In this document: positions 36,804-49,200 of the stretch, piece by piece
How the letters are laid out: each line of letters starts with the position of its first letter
Position numbering within the stretch: position 1 is the stretch's first letter
Assembly (NCBI GenBank): GCA_038231275.1
Contig: JBBRLQ010000033.1
Coordinates: forward strand, 1-64,000
Length of the DNA stretch: 64,000 bases
Direction of reading: 5' to 3'
Origin: Polyangiales bacterium
GTDB taxonomy: Bacteria > Myxococcota_A > Polyangia > Polyangiales > Polyangiaceae
The notes under the pieces: generated by a model
Seen by the model: the letters and a program-made list of their open reading frames with translations, nothing else
Told to the model about the DNA's origin: nothing
The model's database searches: none
Position numbers and translations under genes: made by a program

Positions 36804-38471
36804 TCAAAAATAGAAGGTGGTTCGAGCCTGGACGAGGACGCTTCGCGCGGCGTATCCGTCGGCGTCCTTGAGCGCGCTGCCCGGGAAGAGCACCGCGCCC
36901 TCGAGATCGGCCACGAAGTGATCCCAGATGCGGTACTGGATGCGCCCGTCGAGCTCGGCGCCGTAGAAGCTGCCCGGCTTTCCGCCGGCGAAGTTGACGA
37001 GATCGTCCTTGATGGTGAGGCCGTCGCGCGACTGGAGCGACTGGATGGGGCTGACGACCGGCGAGGCCGCCCACGCGACGAGCGCGCCGGCGCGGAAGAG
37101 CCAGCCATCCCACGGACGCAGATCGAACTGCGGAAAAAGGGCGAGCGCGTTGGTGAAGGCGCCGCGCGTGTTGATCGCCTCGGCCGGGAAGCTACGCGCG
37201 CCGAGGCGCTTCAAGAGCTCCACGCCGGCGAGCGACGAACGCGCGCTCTGGAACCCAAGCGCGTGCTTGAACATGAGGAGGCCGACGTTCGTGTCCTCCG
37301 CGAACGTGAACTGCGTGAGCGCCGAGCGCGGCGTCGGATCGTCGTCGCCCGACGCGTAGTCGGCCTCCATGTACGCGGTGAAGAGCGGCTTGTCGTAGCG
37401 GAGGACCGCGCGCGCGCCCAGCTGACGCACCGTCTGGTCCACCGACGGATCGCTCGTGATCGTGCGGTACGCCTCGCTGATCTCGCGCGTGCTGCCGAGC
37501 ACCAGCGCCGCGTCGACGCCCGCTTGGAAATCGCCGAAGCGCGAGATGCCGCGGAGGCCCATGCTGTCGATCGCTGTGCCGTACTGCTGATCGAACCGGT
37601 AGACGTAGTAGCCGGAGAAGCGCAAATCGCGACCGAGCGGCCACCTCTCGGCGAGGTAGCGAAAGCCGGCGGAGACCTGGTGCACGTCGTCGCGGAACGA
37701 GCTCGGCTGATCGGTGACGACGCGATCGTAGGTGACGCCGACGAAGAGGCCCTCGGTCTGCGACGCGTTGCGCTGCTCGGCCGGCTTGAACGCCTCGAGG
37801 GGCTTCGTCGCGAAGAGGACGCGGTCCACGATGTTGCCGGTGTGCGAGACGCCGAAGCGGTTGGTGCGCCCGTCGCCGTCGGCGGACTGCACGCCCATTC
37901 CTTCGTTGGCGGTCTGGCGACCGATGCGGAGGAGCCCGAACGGAAGCAGGATCTCGCCGTACGCCTTGCGAACGAAGAGGGGCGTCGCGGGGCACAGCGT
38001 GTAGCCGTACGACTCCGGCACGAGCGGATCGCCGCCCTTGAGGCCGATGCACGCCACCGCGAGGTTCGGGTTTCGTGCCGTGATGTTCGCTCCGCTGAGC
38101 GGCTGCGGCGAGGAGCCGAGGGTGCCGTTGTCCCCCCACATGACGCCGTCGAGCACGTCGGCCGAGAGGATGAAGCGCACCTTGTCCTGCCAGTCGACGG
38201 CGCCGTCGAGGCGGAGGCGCTGATCGATCCAGCCGACGCCGCGCGCGTTCTCGTCGGACAGCGCGATGGGGTTCACGAAGAGCGCCTGCGTGCGGTACTC
38301 GACCGCGCCCTTGAAGCCGAAGTCACCGAGCTCGGCGCGCGCGGGCGGCGACGGAGGATCGGCGTCGGCCCACGGCTCGGCCGCGCGCGCGGTTCCCTCG
38401 AACGAGAGGAGCGCGCCACCGAGGGCGAGGGCGAGGCCCATGGAGAGGCCAATCGACGTGGCGGCGCGCAT
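36804..38471 (-). CDS. Hypothetical outer-membrane beta-barrel protein
   Basis: Signal peptide ending ARA, amphipathic strands, GLLRIGRQ, and C-terminal TTFYF beta-signal. Confidence 0.75.
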   Translation of the reverse strand: MRAATSIGLSMGLALALGGALLSFEGTARAAEPWADADPPSPPARAELGDFGFKGAVEYRTQALFVNPIALSDENARGVGWIDQRLRLDGAVDWQDKVRFILSADVLDGVMWGDNGTLGSSPQPLSGANITARNPNLAVACIGLKGGDPLVPESYGYTLCPATPLFVRKAYGEILLPFGLLRIGRQTANEGMGVQSADGDGRTNRFGVSHTGNIVDRVLFATKPLEAFKPAEQRNASQTEGLFVGVTYDRVVTDQPSSFRDDVHQVSAGFRYLAERWPLGRDLRFSGYYVYRFDQQYGTAIDSMGLRGISRFGDFQAGVDAALVLGSTREISEAYRTITSDPSVDQTVRQLGARAVLRYDKPLFTAYMEADYASGDDDPTPRSALTQFTFAEDTNVGLLMFKHALGFQSARSSLAGVELLKRLGARSFPAEAINTRGAFTNALALFPQFDLRPWDGWLFRAGALVAWAASPVVSPIQSLQSRDGLTIKDDLVNFAGGKPGSFYGAELDGRIQYRIWDHFVADLEGAVLFPGSALKDADGYAARSVLVQARTTFYF

Positions 38472-38535
38472 CGTTTCGAGTCTCCCCAGGAGGAACGAAG
38501 CTACATAGCGCACGGCTCGGCTGCGCGCCGCAAGA

Positions 38536-38550
38536 ATTTACACCGTAAAT
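38536..38550. promoter_or_regulatory. TetR operator 1 overlapping the tetR -35 element
   Basis: Dyad ATTTAC-ACC-GTAAAT. Promoter geometry TTTACA-N17-TACCTT-N6-ATG. Confidence 0.8.
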
Positions 38551-38571
38551 GAAGGAGCGTACCTTGGACCC

Positions 38572-39222
38572 ATGGCCCGGAAGCAAAAGCGCGAGCCGCT
38601 GTCGCAGGAGCGCATCGTGACCGCGGCGCTCCACGTCATCGACGCCGTGGGTCTCGAAGCCTTCACCACACGCGCGCTCGGCAAGAAGCTCGGGTGCGAG
38701 GCGATGGCGATCTACAACCATTTCGCGAGCAAAGAGGAGCTGCTCGACGCGGTGGCCGATCGCCTCATGTCCAAGACGGAGCTGCCGATGGAAGGGAGCT
38801 GGCGCGATCGCGCGCGAGGCCTCGCCAACTCCTACCGCTCGCTGGCGCGCGTCCATCCGCACGCCTTCCCCCTCCTCGCGACGCGGCGCGGCACGCTTCC
38901 AAGCGCGTACGGCATGTACGATCGCGTCTTCGCGGCGACGATGGGAGAGGGCCTCGACGCCTTCTCGGTCGCCTGCGTCTTCCGCGCGCTCGCGCAGTAC
39001 TGCACCGGCACCGCCCTCTACGAGATCAACACGACCGCATTCTACGCCGAGGGCGGCAACGCCGAGATCCCGCCGGAGGTCGCCGCGAGCGTGCCGTCGC
39101 TCGCCAAGGTCGCCGCGTACTTCACGCCGGCCCACTTCGACGCCCTCTTCCATTTCGGCCTCGAGTCGATGCTGGACGGCTTCGAGCGCCAGCTGATTCG
39201 CCGGGCCGCCGAGCACGCCTGA
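38572..39222 (+). CDS. TetR-family transcriptional regulator
   Basis: LSQERIVTAAL..GLEAFTTRALGKKLGCEAMAIYNHFASKEELLD helix-turn-helix, with a TetR_C-like end (FHFGLESMLDG). Confidence 0.93.
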   Translation: MARKQKREPLSQERIVTAALHVIDAVGLEAFTTRALGKKLGCEAMAIYNHFASKEELLDAVADRLMSKTELPMEGSWRDRARGLANSYRSLARVHPHAFPLLATRRGTLPSAYGMYDRVFAATMGEGLDAFSVACVFRALAQYCTGTALYEINTTAFYAEGGNAEIPPEVAASVPSLAKVAAYFTPAHFDALFHFGLESMLDGFERQLIRRAAEHA

Positions 39223-39247
39223 TGCATTATTTCGCCTCGCAGGCCTT

Positions 39248-39262
39248 GTTTACACCGTAAAC
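39248..39262. promoter_or_regulatory. TetR operator 2 upstream of dioxygenase
   Basis: Dyad GTTTAC-ACC-GTAAAC; its 13-bp core is identical to operator 1. Confidence 0.8.
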
Positions 39263-39302
39263 TCGTGTCAGAGAAAAGGCGCCTACCCAAGGAGCCTCCG
39301 CG

Positions 39303-40166
39303 ATGACCATGACCGAGCCCCTCTCCGCGATCTCCCCCCTGGCCCCGGCGACGAACCGCATGCTCCACATGCCGGACTTCGAGCTGGGCGAGCGCTTCAC
39401 GAAGGAGCAGCTCGAGTACCTGGACACGTACGGCTTCATCCGCTTCAAGCGCTTCGCCTCGAAGGAGAAGGTGCGGGAGCTCGCCCAGGAGGTCGAGGAG
39501 ATCGATCGCCGCCTCGTCGCCGAGGGGCGCACGCACGTCAACGGCGTGCCCATCATGTTCGGCGCGCGCCCCGACGGGACGCGCTTCGTGCAGCGCATGG
39601 TCTTCTCGTCGCTCTTCGGAGAGCGCCTCCACGCCCTCCTCGACGATCCGCGCTTCCGCGCGATCCTCGACGTCGCCGGCCCCGGCTACCGCATCGGCGA
39701 GCGTGAGCGCGACGGGCTCGTCATCAACCACTACCGGCGCGAGGCGGGCTCCGCGTTCAAGCGCCTCGGCTGGCACACCGACAGCCTGCGCGATCTCTTC
39801 TATCTCGAGAAGCCGCGGCGATACCTGAACGTCGGCTTCTACCTCGACGACTCGCCGCTCACGAAGGGCGGCGTGCGCGTCATCCCGTTCACGCAGGACC
39901 AGAGCATCTGGTCGATGCTCACGCGCAAGGCGCACTTCATGGAGCACCAGCCGGACCCGGCGGAGTACGCGATCGAGGCAGAGGCAGGCGATTTGACGAT
40001 CCACGACGGCCGGATCTGGCACCGTGTGGCGGAGGCCTCGGTGACCGGCGACGCCAGCCAGCGTCGGGTCATGTACATCCCGCTCATGGAGGGGCCGCTC
40101 AAAGAGAAGAACGAGAAGAGCCCCACGCCGCTGTATTTCCGGTTCAAACGCTTCGCCAAATTCTGA
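39303..40166 (+). CDS. Phytanoyl-CoA dioxygenase (PhyH) family Fe/2OG oxygenase
   Basis: YGFI, GWHTD, YLDD..GGVRVIP, AGDLTIHDGRIWH and a distal Arg. SD AAGGAG present. Confidence 0.85.
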   Translation: MTMTEPLSAISPLAPATNRMLHMPDFELGERFTKEQLEYLDTYGFIRFKRFASKEKVRELAQEVEEIDRRLVAEGRTHVNGVPIMFGARPDGTRFVQRMVFSSLFGERLHALLDDPRFRAILDVAGPGYRIGERERDGLVINHYRREAGSAFKRLGWHTDSLRDLFYLEKPRRYLNVGFYLDDSPLTKGGVRVIPFTQDQSIWSMLTRKAHFMEHQPDPAEYAIEAEAGDLTIHDGRIWHRVAEASVTGDASQRRVMYIPLMEGPLKEKNEKSPTPLYFRFKRFAKF

Positions 40167-40171
40167 GGCCC

Positions 40172-41227
<1,056 letters not shown>

Positions 41228-41229
41228 CT

Positions 41230-44200
41230 TCAGATATCGCCGACCCACGCCGTCGCGAGGGCCATCGTTCGGGCGTTCTCGGGGACGCGTTCGAGGAAGC
41301 TCGCGCGGAATGTCGGATCAGCGATTTTGTCGGCGAACGAGAGGAGGCGCGCGCGTGCGGCGGCGATCTGCGTGCAGCCCTCGGCGTCGTGGCCGGCGGC
41401 GCGGAGCGCTTGCGCGTAGGTGAGGCGGACGAAGGCCTCGCCCTCTTCGATGCCGCCGAGCTTGATGAGCAGATCGTAGGCGAGGGTCGCGGCCTCCAGC
41501 GCTTCTGCGGCGCGGCCGCGAGCGAGGGCGACGGACGCGAAGATCGCCATCGCAGGGCAGACCAGCGTAGGCACGTCGGTCGCGCGCTCCACGGCGGCGC
41601 TCGCTTCAATTTCTGCGCGCGCGAGATCCCCCTGCTCGGCGAGGAGCGTCGCCATGTAGACGTGCGCGAAGACGAGGATCTGGTGATCGTGTCCGGGCCC
41701 CTTCAGCGCCTCGAGGGCCGCGCGCTCGATCGCGCACCCTTCTTCGAGCGCGCCGCGGCGTGCGACGGCGAGGCCGAGGTTCATCCGCGCCGTGAGCGTG
41801 GATCCGGCGAGGTCCATCGCGTTGGCCATCGCGACGGCCTCGCGGAGCGTCGCCTCGGATTGCTCGTACGCGCCGAGCGCCGCGTAGCCGCACCCGACGT
41901 TGATGCAGGAGTGCCACATGCCGCGCCGATCTCCTGCGAGGCCGTACGCTTCGGTCGCAGCGCGCTCGAGGTCCAGGCTGGTAGACAGATCGCCGAGGAC
42001 GCCGGCGTAGAGGGCCCGTGATGCGTACCAGTGCGCCGCGCAGCCCGGATCGCCGGCGGCGATGATCGCGGCGCGCGGCTCGAGGAGGCCGAGCAACGTC
42101 GCCGTGTGGTGCGTCTCGCCCATGAAGCAGAGGTAGCGCGCGACGCGCGACGCGGCGCCGACCTCCGTAGGTCCCAGGGTGGCGGTCGCGCGGAGCATCG
42201 TCTCGACGTCCACGGCGATCTCCCGCGCGCGCGGGACGTCGGCGCAGCGGACTGCGGCGATCGCGGTGTGCGCCATCGCTTGCCACCAGGTCGTGCTACC
42301 TCGGAGCAGCGTCGCCGTTGCCTCCGCGCCTGCGGAGAGCGCCCCCACCGGATCGCCGCGCCACACCATCGCTTCGGTCTGCATGGCGCGCGCGGTGCCA
42401 TAGTCCTCGCCCTTCGCGCCGCACGCGACGGCGCGATCGCAGCGCGCGATGACCGCGACGAGATCGTTGCCCTCGAGGGCCTGCGCGGCGGCGCGCAAAT
42501 ACCACCCGACGGCGCGCATGGCGTCGCGCCCGCGCTCGAAGTGATCGGCGAGGGTCATCGCGTCGGGCTCGCCGGAGCGCTCCAGCCACTCGGCGGCGAG
42601 GCGATGCCCGAGCGCGCCGTCCCCCTCGGTGAGCGTCGCGTACGCGGCGTCGCGGAGGAGCGTGTGGCGGAAGATGTACTCGACCTCGCCGGCAAAGCGG
42701 GCCTCGTTCCTGCGGGTGATCGCCTCACGCGACGTGAGCTCGGCGAGCCAATCGTCGCACGGCTCGTCGCCCATGAGCGCGACGACGGCGCCGCGCCAGA
42801 AGACCTGCCCGAACACGCTCGCCGCGCGCAGCACGCGACGCGCCGGGGGCTCGAACGCCTCGACGCGCGCCTGCACCATCGCGAGCACCGTCTCGGGCAG
42901 CGAATCTCAGCGGCCTTCGGCGACCGAGCGAACGAGCTCTTCCAAGTAAAACGCGTTTCCCTGCGCCCGCTCGACGATGCGGCCCATCGTCTCGTCGGTG
43001 ACGTCGTCGCCCAGCGCGCGCCGCACCAGCTTCTCGCTCGCCTTCTTTGTGAGCGGCGAGAGCGGCAACGGCAAGACGGCGCGATCGGACCAGAGCTTCG
43101 GGAACGCGTCCTCGACCTGCGGGCGCGCGAGGGCGACCACCATGAACGGCGCCTCCTTGAGCGTGCGGAGGGCGCTGTCGACGAAGCCGACGGACGGGAG
43201 ATCCCCCCAGTGGAGATCCTCCAAGATGAGGACGAGCGGGCCGGCGGCGCACTCGGCGGCGAGCCACTCCTCCCACGCGCGGCGGATCTGATCGCCCATG
43301 AGCACCGCGTTCTCGCGCGCCGCGCGGAGCTGCACGCGGTCGTCGTCGGGGAAGGGCGCGCCGACGAGCTCGCCGATGAACTCTGCGTTGCGCGAGAGGT
43401 CCTCGCCGGTGAAACGCCGGCCGAGGCGCGCGCGAATTTTTTCCTGCCGGTCCGCGAGCGGCTCGCCGTCGATGAGGCCGACCGCGCGACGCAACGCCTC
43501 GCCGAGGAGACCGAACGGAGAGCCGGCGCGCATCGGATCGCCGCGACCGATCCACACCTGCGCGGGCGTCTCCGCCTGCTCGACGCGCCGATTGAGCTCG
43601 TAGCGGAGGCGGCTCTTTCCGACGCCCGCTTCGCCGGTGACCAGCACCACGCGCGGCACCGGCTCGCTCACGCACTCCTCGTAGACGGCCATGAGCGTCG
43701 CGAGCTCGCGATCGCGGCCGACGCACGCGGTCGGTTTGCCGAGGAGCGTGCGCGCGCCGTCGGCCGGCTCACGTTCGCCGAGGAGGCGCAGACCCGAGGA
43801 GGACTGCTCCACGTCGAAGCGCGCGTCGAGCAGGCCCGCCGTGAGCGCGTCGAGACGCACGGCGTCGGTGGACGCGTCGCCCGCCGCGAAGAGGCGCGCG
43901 GCGCGGTCGATCGCCTCGCCGATGGGGACGCGCCCCGAAATTTCGCCGCGGCCGGTGGCAAGCACGACCGGCGCGTCGGGACAGTGCTCGCGAACGGCCA
44001 ACGCGCAGCGCGCCGCGATCGCCGCCTGATCGGTCGCGGGACGCGCAGCACCGAGCGTGATCGCGACGGATCCGTCGACCAGCGCTTCCATCCGGCCGCC
44101 GAAGCGCGCCACGGTCGCCCGCAGCGCCTCGCGCGACGCGCGCTCTTCGGCCCCCATCGAGCCCTCCTCCGCGTCGCGTGCTTCCCACACGTGGCGCGCG

Positions 44201-45102
44201 AGGATCACGGAAAGAAGCTGTTTTTCACCTGTCGTGAGCGACTCCGCGCTCGGGCGATCCATCGGCATCCGCTCGGCGACGGTCGGTCCGAGATCGCCGA
44301 GCGCCCCGAGGCGCTCCACGACGGCCCGCGCGTTCTCGGGCCGTCCCTTCGGATCCTTGCAGAGCATCGTCGCGACGAGGACGTCGAGCTCGGGGGGAAT
44401 GCCGAAGCGGATCTCCGACGGGAACGGCACCTCCTCGAAGAGGAGCTTCGCGAGCACGGCCATCGCCTCGTCGCCGCCGAATGCGCGCCGCCCGGTGAGG
44501 CACTGGAACAGGACGCAGCCGAGCGAGAACACGTCGGCGCGCGGATCGACGCGTTCGCCGCGCGCCTGCTCGGGCGCCATGAAGCCCGGCGTGCCGACCT
44601 GCATCCCCGTGCGCGTGATGACCGTCGCCTGCCGGCTCGAGCGCGCGAGACCGAAGTCGAGCAGCTTGACCTTCGTGAGATCGCCGCTCGGGAGGAAGAG
44701 ATTGCGCGGCTTGATGTCGCGATGAACGAGCCCCCGATCGTGGGCCGGCGCCATCGCCTCCGCGATGCGCGACACGAGCCCCACCGACTCGGGCACGTCG
44801 AGCCCCGAGCGCGCGAGGCGCGTCGAGAGATCCTCGCCCTCGAGCCACTCCATCGCGAGGTACGCCTCGCCCGCGAGCGTCTGGCCGTGCGCGATGTATT
44901 TGACGATGCGCGGGTGGTTCAGGTCCGCGAGGATCTTCGCCTCACGAAGGAACCGCTCGTCGCGCTCCGCCTCGCGCAGCACCTTGATCGCGACCGGCGC
45001 GCCGCTGATGCGATCGTGCGCCTTGTAGACGATGCCCATCCCGCCGGAGCCCGCCACGCGCTCGATCTCGAAGCGGTCGGCGACGACGTCTCCAGGGCCC
45101 AT
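41230..45102 (-). pseudogene. Ser/Thr kinase - cyclase-like - AAA ATPase - TPR gene interrupted by one in-frame TGA (42907-42909)
   Basis: Kinase (GSGGMG, HRDIKP, DFG, APE), Walker A GEAGVGKS and EDLHW. Reads ..AEGR*DSLPETVLAMVQAR.. in a single frame. Confidence 0.8.
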
Positions 45103-45177
45103 TCAGCCCTTCATTATCACGCGAACACGCCCGCGGTGGGCGGGGAAGTCAGTTCGGCAACGTCCGTCCGCGGAACG

Positions 45178-45402
45178 TCAGTCCGCGCACCAGCCGCGGG
45201 CGCGGTGCCAGCTCTCGACGCTCACCCCGGGGGAGCTGTCGCTCGACGAGCTCGACCAGTCGTGGCCGGTCGTCTCGCTGTCGTCGTCCCACTCGACCTC
45301 CAGATCAATGCTCAGACGCGCGGCCTGACGCACGGGCGCGGCGTAGGCCTCGGCGGATTGAGTGGCGCGGAGCTCGAACAGGTCAACAAGGGTCTCACGC
45401 AT
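45178..45402 (-). CDS. Small acidic hypothetical protein
   Basis: Fills the gap upstream of the kinase (MRETLVDLFELR..EVEWDDD). No family recognised; start uncertain. Confidence 0.35.
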   Translation of the reverse strand: MRETLVDLFELRATQSAEAYAAPVRQAARLSIDLEVEWDDDSETTGHDWSSSSSDSSPGVSVESWHRARGWCAD

Positions 45403-45608
45403 GGTACCCACCCCTTCAGCAAGCCCCGGGCCAGCGTCTCGCGCAGGTCTCCCGGCAATTTTCCCTGTTATTTCAATATGTAGGATACGGGACAACGTTC
45501 GCCGGGTGGTTCCGCGGAGATCCGCGGCGATCGGCGGTGCCCCAGTGGGATAACGTCCTGAAACGATACGAGTGAACGGTTACCGCCAGGACGCACGGCG
45601 GAACGACG

Positions 45609-46226
45609 ATGGCAAAGCGCAATCCCTACAAAGGCCCCGACGCCAACACGCTCCGCGCAAAGCGCGAAGGGTACCCCGCGCGCAGCGTCTTCAAGCTCGA
45701 AGAGATCGATCGCCGCGTGCGCCTCTTCCGTCCCGGCATGAGCGTGCTCGATCTCGGGGCATCGCCAGGGAGCTGGAGCCTCTACGCGATCGAGAAGATC
45801 GGCAAAGGCGGCAAGCTCCTCGCGATCGACCTGAAGGCGCTCGACGTGGCGCTCCCACCTTCGGGCACGTTCATTCTCGGAGACGCGCGAGAGAGCGCAG
45901 CGCTTTCGATGCACGCGCCGTACGATGTCGTCCTGAGCGACATGGCCCCCAACACCTCCGGAAACCGCATGGCCGATCAGGCGCGGAGCTTCGAGCTCTT
46001 CATGTTCGCGCTCGAGGTCGCGGCGAAGACGGCGAAAGAGGGCGGCAGCTTCGTCGGCAAGATCTTCATGGGCGAGGACTTCACCCTGGCGCGCACGGAG
46101 CTGAAGAAGCACTTCGCGACCGAAAAGATCATCCGCCCCGAGGGGACGCGGAGCGTCAGCTATGAGATATTCCTGATCGGGCAAGATCGACGGAAGCGTG
46201 AGCCGGTCGGAGGCGCCGCGCCGTGA
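45609..46226 (+). CDS. rlmE: 23S rRNA Um2552 methyltransferase (RrmJ/FtsJ)
   Basis: AKREGYPARSVFKLEEID, LDLGASPGSW, DVVLSDMAPN, K and SYE catalytic pattern. Confidence 0.93.
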   Translation: MAKRNPYKGPDANTLRAKREGYPARSVFKLEEIDRRVRLFRPGMSVLDLGASPGSWSLYAIEKIGKGGKLLAIDLKALDVALPPSGTFILGDARESAALSMHAPYDVVLSDMAPNTSGNRMADQARSFELFMFALEVAAKTAKEGGSFVGKIFMGEDFTLARTELKKHFATEKIIRPEGTRSVSYEIFLIGQDRRKREPVGGAAP

Positions 46227-49200
46227 CGGCCACGATCGCCGAACAGATCACGCTCGGAGGGCGGTTCGTCGTCGAGCGCGAGGTCGGGCGCGGCGGCGTC
46301 GGCATCGTGTACCGCGCGCTCGACACGATGACCGGGCAGCCGGTGGCGCTCAAGGTCATCGCGATCGCGGGCGTGGACGCCGGAGAAGAGGCGCGCTTCA
46401 ACCGCGAAGGGCGCGTCCTCGCGGGGCTCGCGCACCCGGGGATCGTACGGCTCGTGGCGTTCGGTCAGCTCGACGAAGGGCAGCCCTACGTGGCGATGGA
46501 GTGGCTCGAAGGCGAGGACGTCGCGCAGCGATTGAAGCGCAAGCCGCTCACCTTGTTCGAGACGCTGGAGGTCGCGGCGCAAGTGGCCGAAGCCCTCGCC
46601 GCTTCGCACGACGCCGGGATCATCCACCGCGACGTCAAACCGTCGAACATCTTCCTCATCGGCAGCGGCGCGGGGGGCAGCGACGCGCTCCGGGCCAAGC
46701 TCGTCGACTTCGGCGTCGCGAGCGCGGACGACGCCAAGCTCACGCGCACCGGGGCGATCATCGGGACGCCCGCGTACATGGCCCCGGAGCAGGCGCGCGG
46801 CGACGCCGAGGTGAGCGCGCGCGCGGATCTCTACGCGCTCGGCGCCACGTTGTTCGAGATGGTCTCCGGCCGGCCCCCCCACGTCGGGCCGACGCCGATC
46901 GCGATCCTGGCGCGCCTGGTCACGACGCCGGCGCCGCGTCTTTCGGACGTGACGGAAGAGGCTCCGCCGGGGCTCGACGATCTGCTCGCGCGAATGCTCG
47001 ACACGCACCCCGAAGAGCGGCCGGAGTCGGGGCGCGAGGTAGCGCGGGCGCTGCGGCGCATCGTGACCGAGATCAGCGCCGACACGCCGGAGCGTCTGAG
47101 CGGCGTCGAGGTGCAGCCGCTCAGCGTGATGGGCTCGGTGCCGGACATGTCGGCGCGCTCGGGCGGCGGAGGAGGGACGCGGCTCGTGACGTCGATCCTC
47201 GCGACGTCGGTGCCCAAAGGGCCGGTGCGCGGACGCTTGCTGGCGAATTTGCGCGCGCGCGGGGCAGACGCGACCGAGCTCGGCGGCGACGCGATCGTCG
47301 CGCACCTCGGCGTGCGAAAAGCGCTGGGCGACGAGGCGGCCCGCGCGATCGAGCTCGGCGTTCGCCTCGCGCGCACCAACGCGCAGGTCGGCGTCGCGAC
47401 CGGACGCACGCGCATCGATCGCACGAGGCCTCAGGGTGAGGTCGTCGACCGCGCCGCCGCGCTGGCCCGCGACGCGCAGCGCGGACAGGTTCTCGTGGAC
47501 ACGACGACGAGCGAGCTGGCGCGGGGGCGCTACGAGCTCGCGGCGCGCGACGACGGCACGGCGCTCGTCCTGAGCGAGCTCCAGGCCAAGCGCGAGCAGA
47601 TTGCCGGCGCGCCGTTCGTGGGGCGCGAGGCGGAGCTCGGGCAGCTCCTCTCCAGCTACGAGCGCTGCCAGGAGGACTTGAACCCGCTCATCGCGACGGT
47701 CACCGGCGCGCCCGGCATCGGCAAGACGCGCCTCCGCCGCGAGGCCCTCTCGCGCATCTCGTCGCACGCCGCATCGCCGCGAATCGTGCTCGTGCGCTGC
47801 GAGTCGTTCTCGAAGAGCCACGCGCTCGGGGTCGTGGCGGACGTGGTGCGCGGTCTCTCGGGCGTCGCGAAGGGCGTCACGCTGGAGGCGGCGATCGAGG
47901 CGGCCAATGTCCTCATCAAGCGCGGGCCCGGCACTCAGGCGGATCCGCGCGAGCTCGTCGCGCGCCTCCTCGCGAACGAGCCGTTGCCCGATCTCGACGC
48001 GCAGCGCGGCTCGCGCGATGCGCTGTGGGTCGCCTTGACCGACGTGGCGCTCGCCGCCGCCGAAACGACGCCGCTCGTCATCGCGCTCGAGGACGCGCAG
48101 TGGGCCGACTCCGAGAGCCTCGCGTGGGTGGACCACTTGCTGGGCCGCGCCGCGGGGCGCGCACTGTGGGTGCTGGTGACGACGCGTCCGACGCTGTGGC
48201 GCGACGATCCGACGCGGTTTTCAGGCCGGGACCACGTGAAAATCGAGCTGCGCCCGCTCTCGAAGAAGACGGTGCGCGCGATCGCCAAGGCGATGCTCGG
48301 CGACCGCGCGATCGGCGAGGCGGGCGAGGCGCTGACCGACACGATCGCGCAGCAAGCCGCCGGCTCGCCGCTCTTCGCCGAGGAGCTCGCGCGACTCGCC
48401 GCGAAGGGGCAAGACGCGACGGCCGCGGCGACGATCGAGGCCGCCATCCAAGTGCACCTCGACGCGCTCGACGACGCAGCGCGCGAGGCGGCGGCGAAGC
48501 TCAGCGTCTTCGGTCTGGTCGGATGGGACGGCGGGCTCACGGCGCTCGGTGTCTCCGGGTCGAACGACATGCTCCGTTCGCTCTCGGGCGCGGAGGTCCT
48601 CGTCGAGCAGGCGCAGTCGCGCTTCCGCGAGGCGCGGGAATGGGCGTTCAAGCACGCGCTGATGCGCGAGGTGGCGTACGCGTCGCTCGGCGAGGACATG
48701 CTCAAGGAGTGCCACGCGCGCGCCGGAAAATGGCTCGCCAAGATGGGCGAGGACGACGCGACGGTCGCGCGGCACCTCGAGCTCGGTGGACGCGCAGAAG
48801 AGGCGGCCGGCTACCTGGAGAAGGCGGCTAGGCGCGCGCTCTCGGCGAACGCGCTCGCGCAAGCCGTCAATTTCGCCGAGCGCGCGTTGGCCTTCGCAGA
48901 CGACAAGCCCACCCAGTTCGCGCGCGCGCTCATCCTGGACGAGGCGTGGAACCGCCTCGACGCGCGCGCCGGCGAGCGCGACACCGCCGTCCGCGCGATG
49001 GAAGACGCCGTGTACGACGAGGCGAGCGCCGTTCGCGCGCGCGGCGCGAGGGTCCGCTACGAGGACGCGCGCGGTGGCGACAGCGAGACGAGCGCGCGCC
49101 TGGAGCAAATCGTGAAGGACGCGCGCGCCGCCGGGCTCGCTGACGAGGAGGCCCGCTGCGCCGCCGCGCTCGCTTCCCGCTACGCGTTCGCGGGCGAGCT

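Noticed and set aside
38551..38557. GAAGGAG as the tetR ribosome-binding site
   Set aside because: It is 14 nt from the ATG and lies within the predicted -35/-10 spacer, so it is probably not transcribed. Not fully excluded.
42907..42909. Selenocysteine or genome-wide TGA recoding
   Set aside because: The position is a non-catalytic linker, no Cys-equivalent context or clear SECIS is seen, and many genes here end normally with TGA.
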